Of a stretch of DNA of 64,000 nucleotides, positions 63,551 to 64,000 are shown piece by piece. Position numbers and translations under genes: made by a program. The stretch covers positions 4,928,001-4,992,000 of the forward strand of contig CBDETY010000003.1 in the NCBI GenBank assembly GCA_965243025.1. The letters run 5' to 3'. Within the stretch, counting starts at the first letter, position 1. Every line of letters begins with the position of its first letter. The stretch is from Candidatus Latescibacterota bacterium (GTDB lineage: Bacteria > Latescibacterota > UBA2968 > UBA8231). Under the pieces are notes generated by a model, which did not search any database, was not told the origin of the DNA, and saw only the letters and a list, made by a program, of their open reading frames with translations.

Positions 63551-64000
63551 ACCCACTCGACCACCGCCGCGACCATGGCCGCGGCGGCCCCGTCGCTGAA
63601 GACGTGGTCGGCGCCCTCGATCTCGACGAGGCGGGGCGTTGTTTTTTCCGCCCGGGCCAGGATGTCGCGGGAGTCCTCCGGCGGCACCACGTCGTCCTCG
63701 CTGCCGTGGACCAGAAGCCAGGGGACGCCGATCGCAGCCCCGCGGTCGACGACGCTGGAGATTGCGGCCATGTCGTCCATGAAGACCTGCGACAGGGGGC
63801 AGTCCTCCTCCTCCCACATGAACCCGGAGCCGGGAACGACGCCGCCGAACTCCCGCCGCGCGAACGCTTCGGTGTGAACCATGCCGGCAAGCGAAACCAG
63901 CCAGCGCAGGCGTTCGTCCTCGCTGGCGCGGATGACGCCCACCGCTCCCCCCATGCTGTGGCCGATGTAGCCGGCGCGGCGGTCCCCGACGGCGTCGAGG
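63532..64000 (-). CDS. Alpha/beta hydrolase (partial, 5' end beyond window)
   Basis: Frame open from the window edge: YIGHSMGG, HGSEDDVV, GADHVF. Confidence 0.88.
   Translation of the reverse strand, partial: LDAVGDRRAGYIGHSMGGAVGVIRASEDERLRWLVSLAGMVHTEAFARREFGGVVPGSGFMWEEEDCPLSQVFMDDMAAISSVVDRGAAIGVPWLLVHGSEDDVVPPEDSRDILARAEKTTPRLVEIEGADHVFSDGAAAAMVAAVVEWVQESAG

Overview
GC-rich, gene-dense bacterial chromosomal window with no CRISPR array, rRNA, integrase or transposase visible. Five PhyH dioxygenases, several Gfo/Idh/MocA oxidoreductases, a PQQ-like propeller and a protein ending in TWGRIK suggest Latescibacterota, Poribacteria or a similar lineage (inference only). In order: (1) a partial c-type cytochrome, a lipoprotein and two tandem DUF151-UVR genes; (2) a variant cytochrome c maturation operon with a CxxxY-type CcmE, a Cys-rich CcmH, two accessory genes and no ccmG; (3) a TPR / sigma-54 activator / HtrA / M24 peptidase operon; (4) ispE, tRNA-Gln, rplY, pth, hppA, rpsF, DUF2232, rplI, a lipoprotein and tRNA-Sec; (5) catabolic operons, gap, hemF and a frameshifted secreted-protein gene; (6) a BCP peroxiredoxin with in-frame UGA at the peroxidatic Cys position, probably a selenoprotein missed by the ORF track; (7) an accessory block with an orphan solute-binding protein, an output-less HAMP protein and an MFS transporter, then squalene synthase plus ispH converging on an MpaB/Lcp-like oxygenase, an MMPL transporter, a LolA-like protein and an outer-membrane protein. 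Block 7 is the best candidate for an undescribed isoprenoid make/cleave/transport system. All family calls come from motif recognition by eye; no searches were run.
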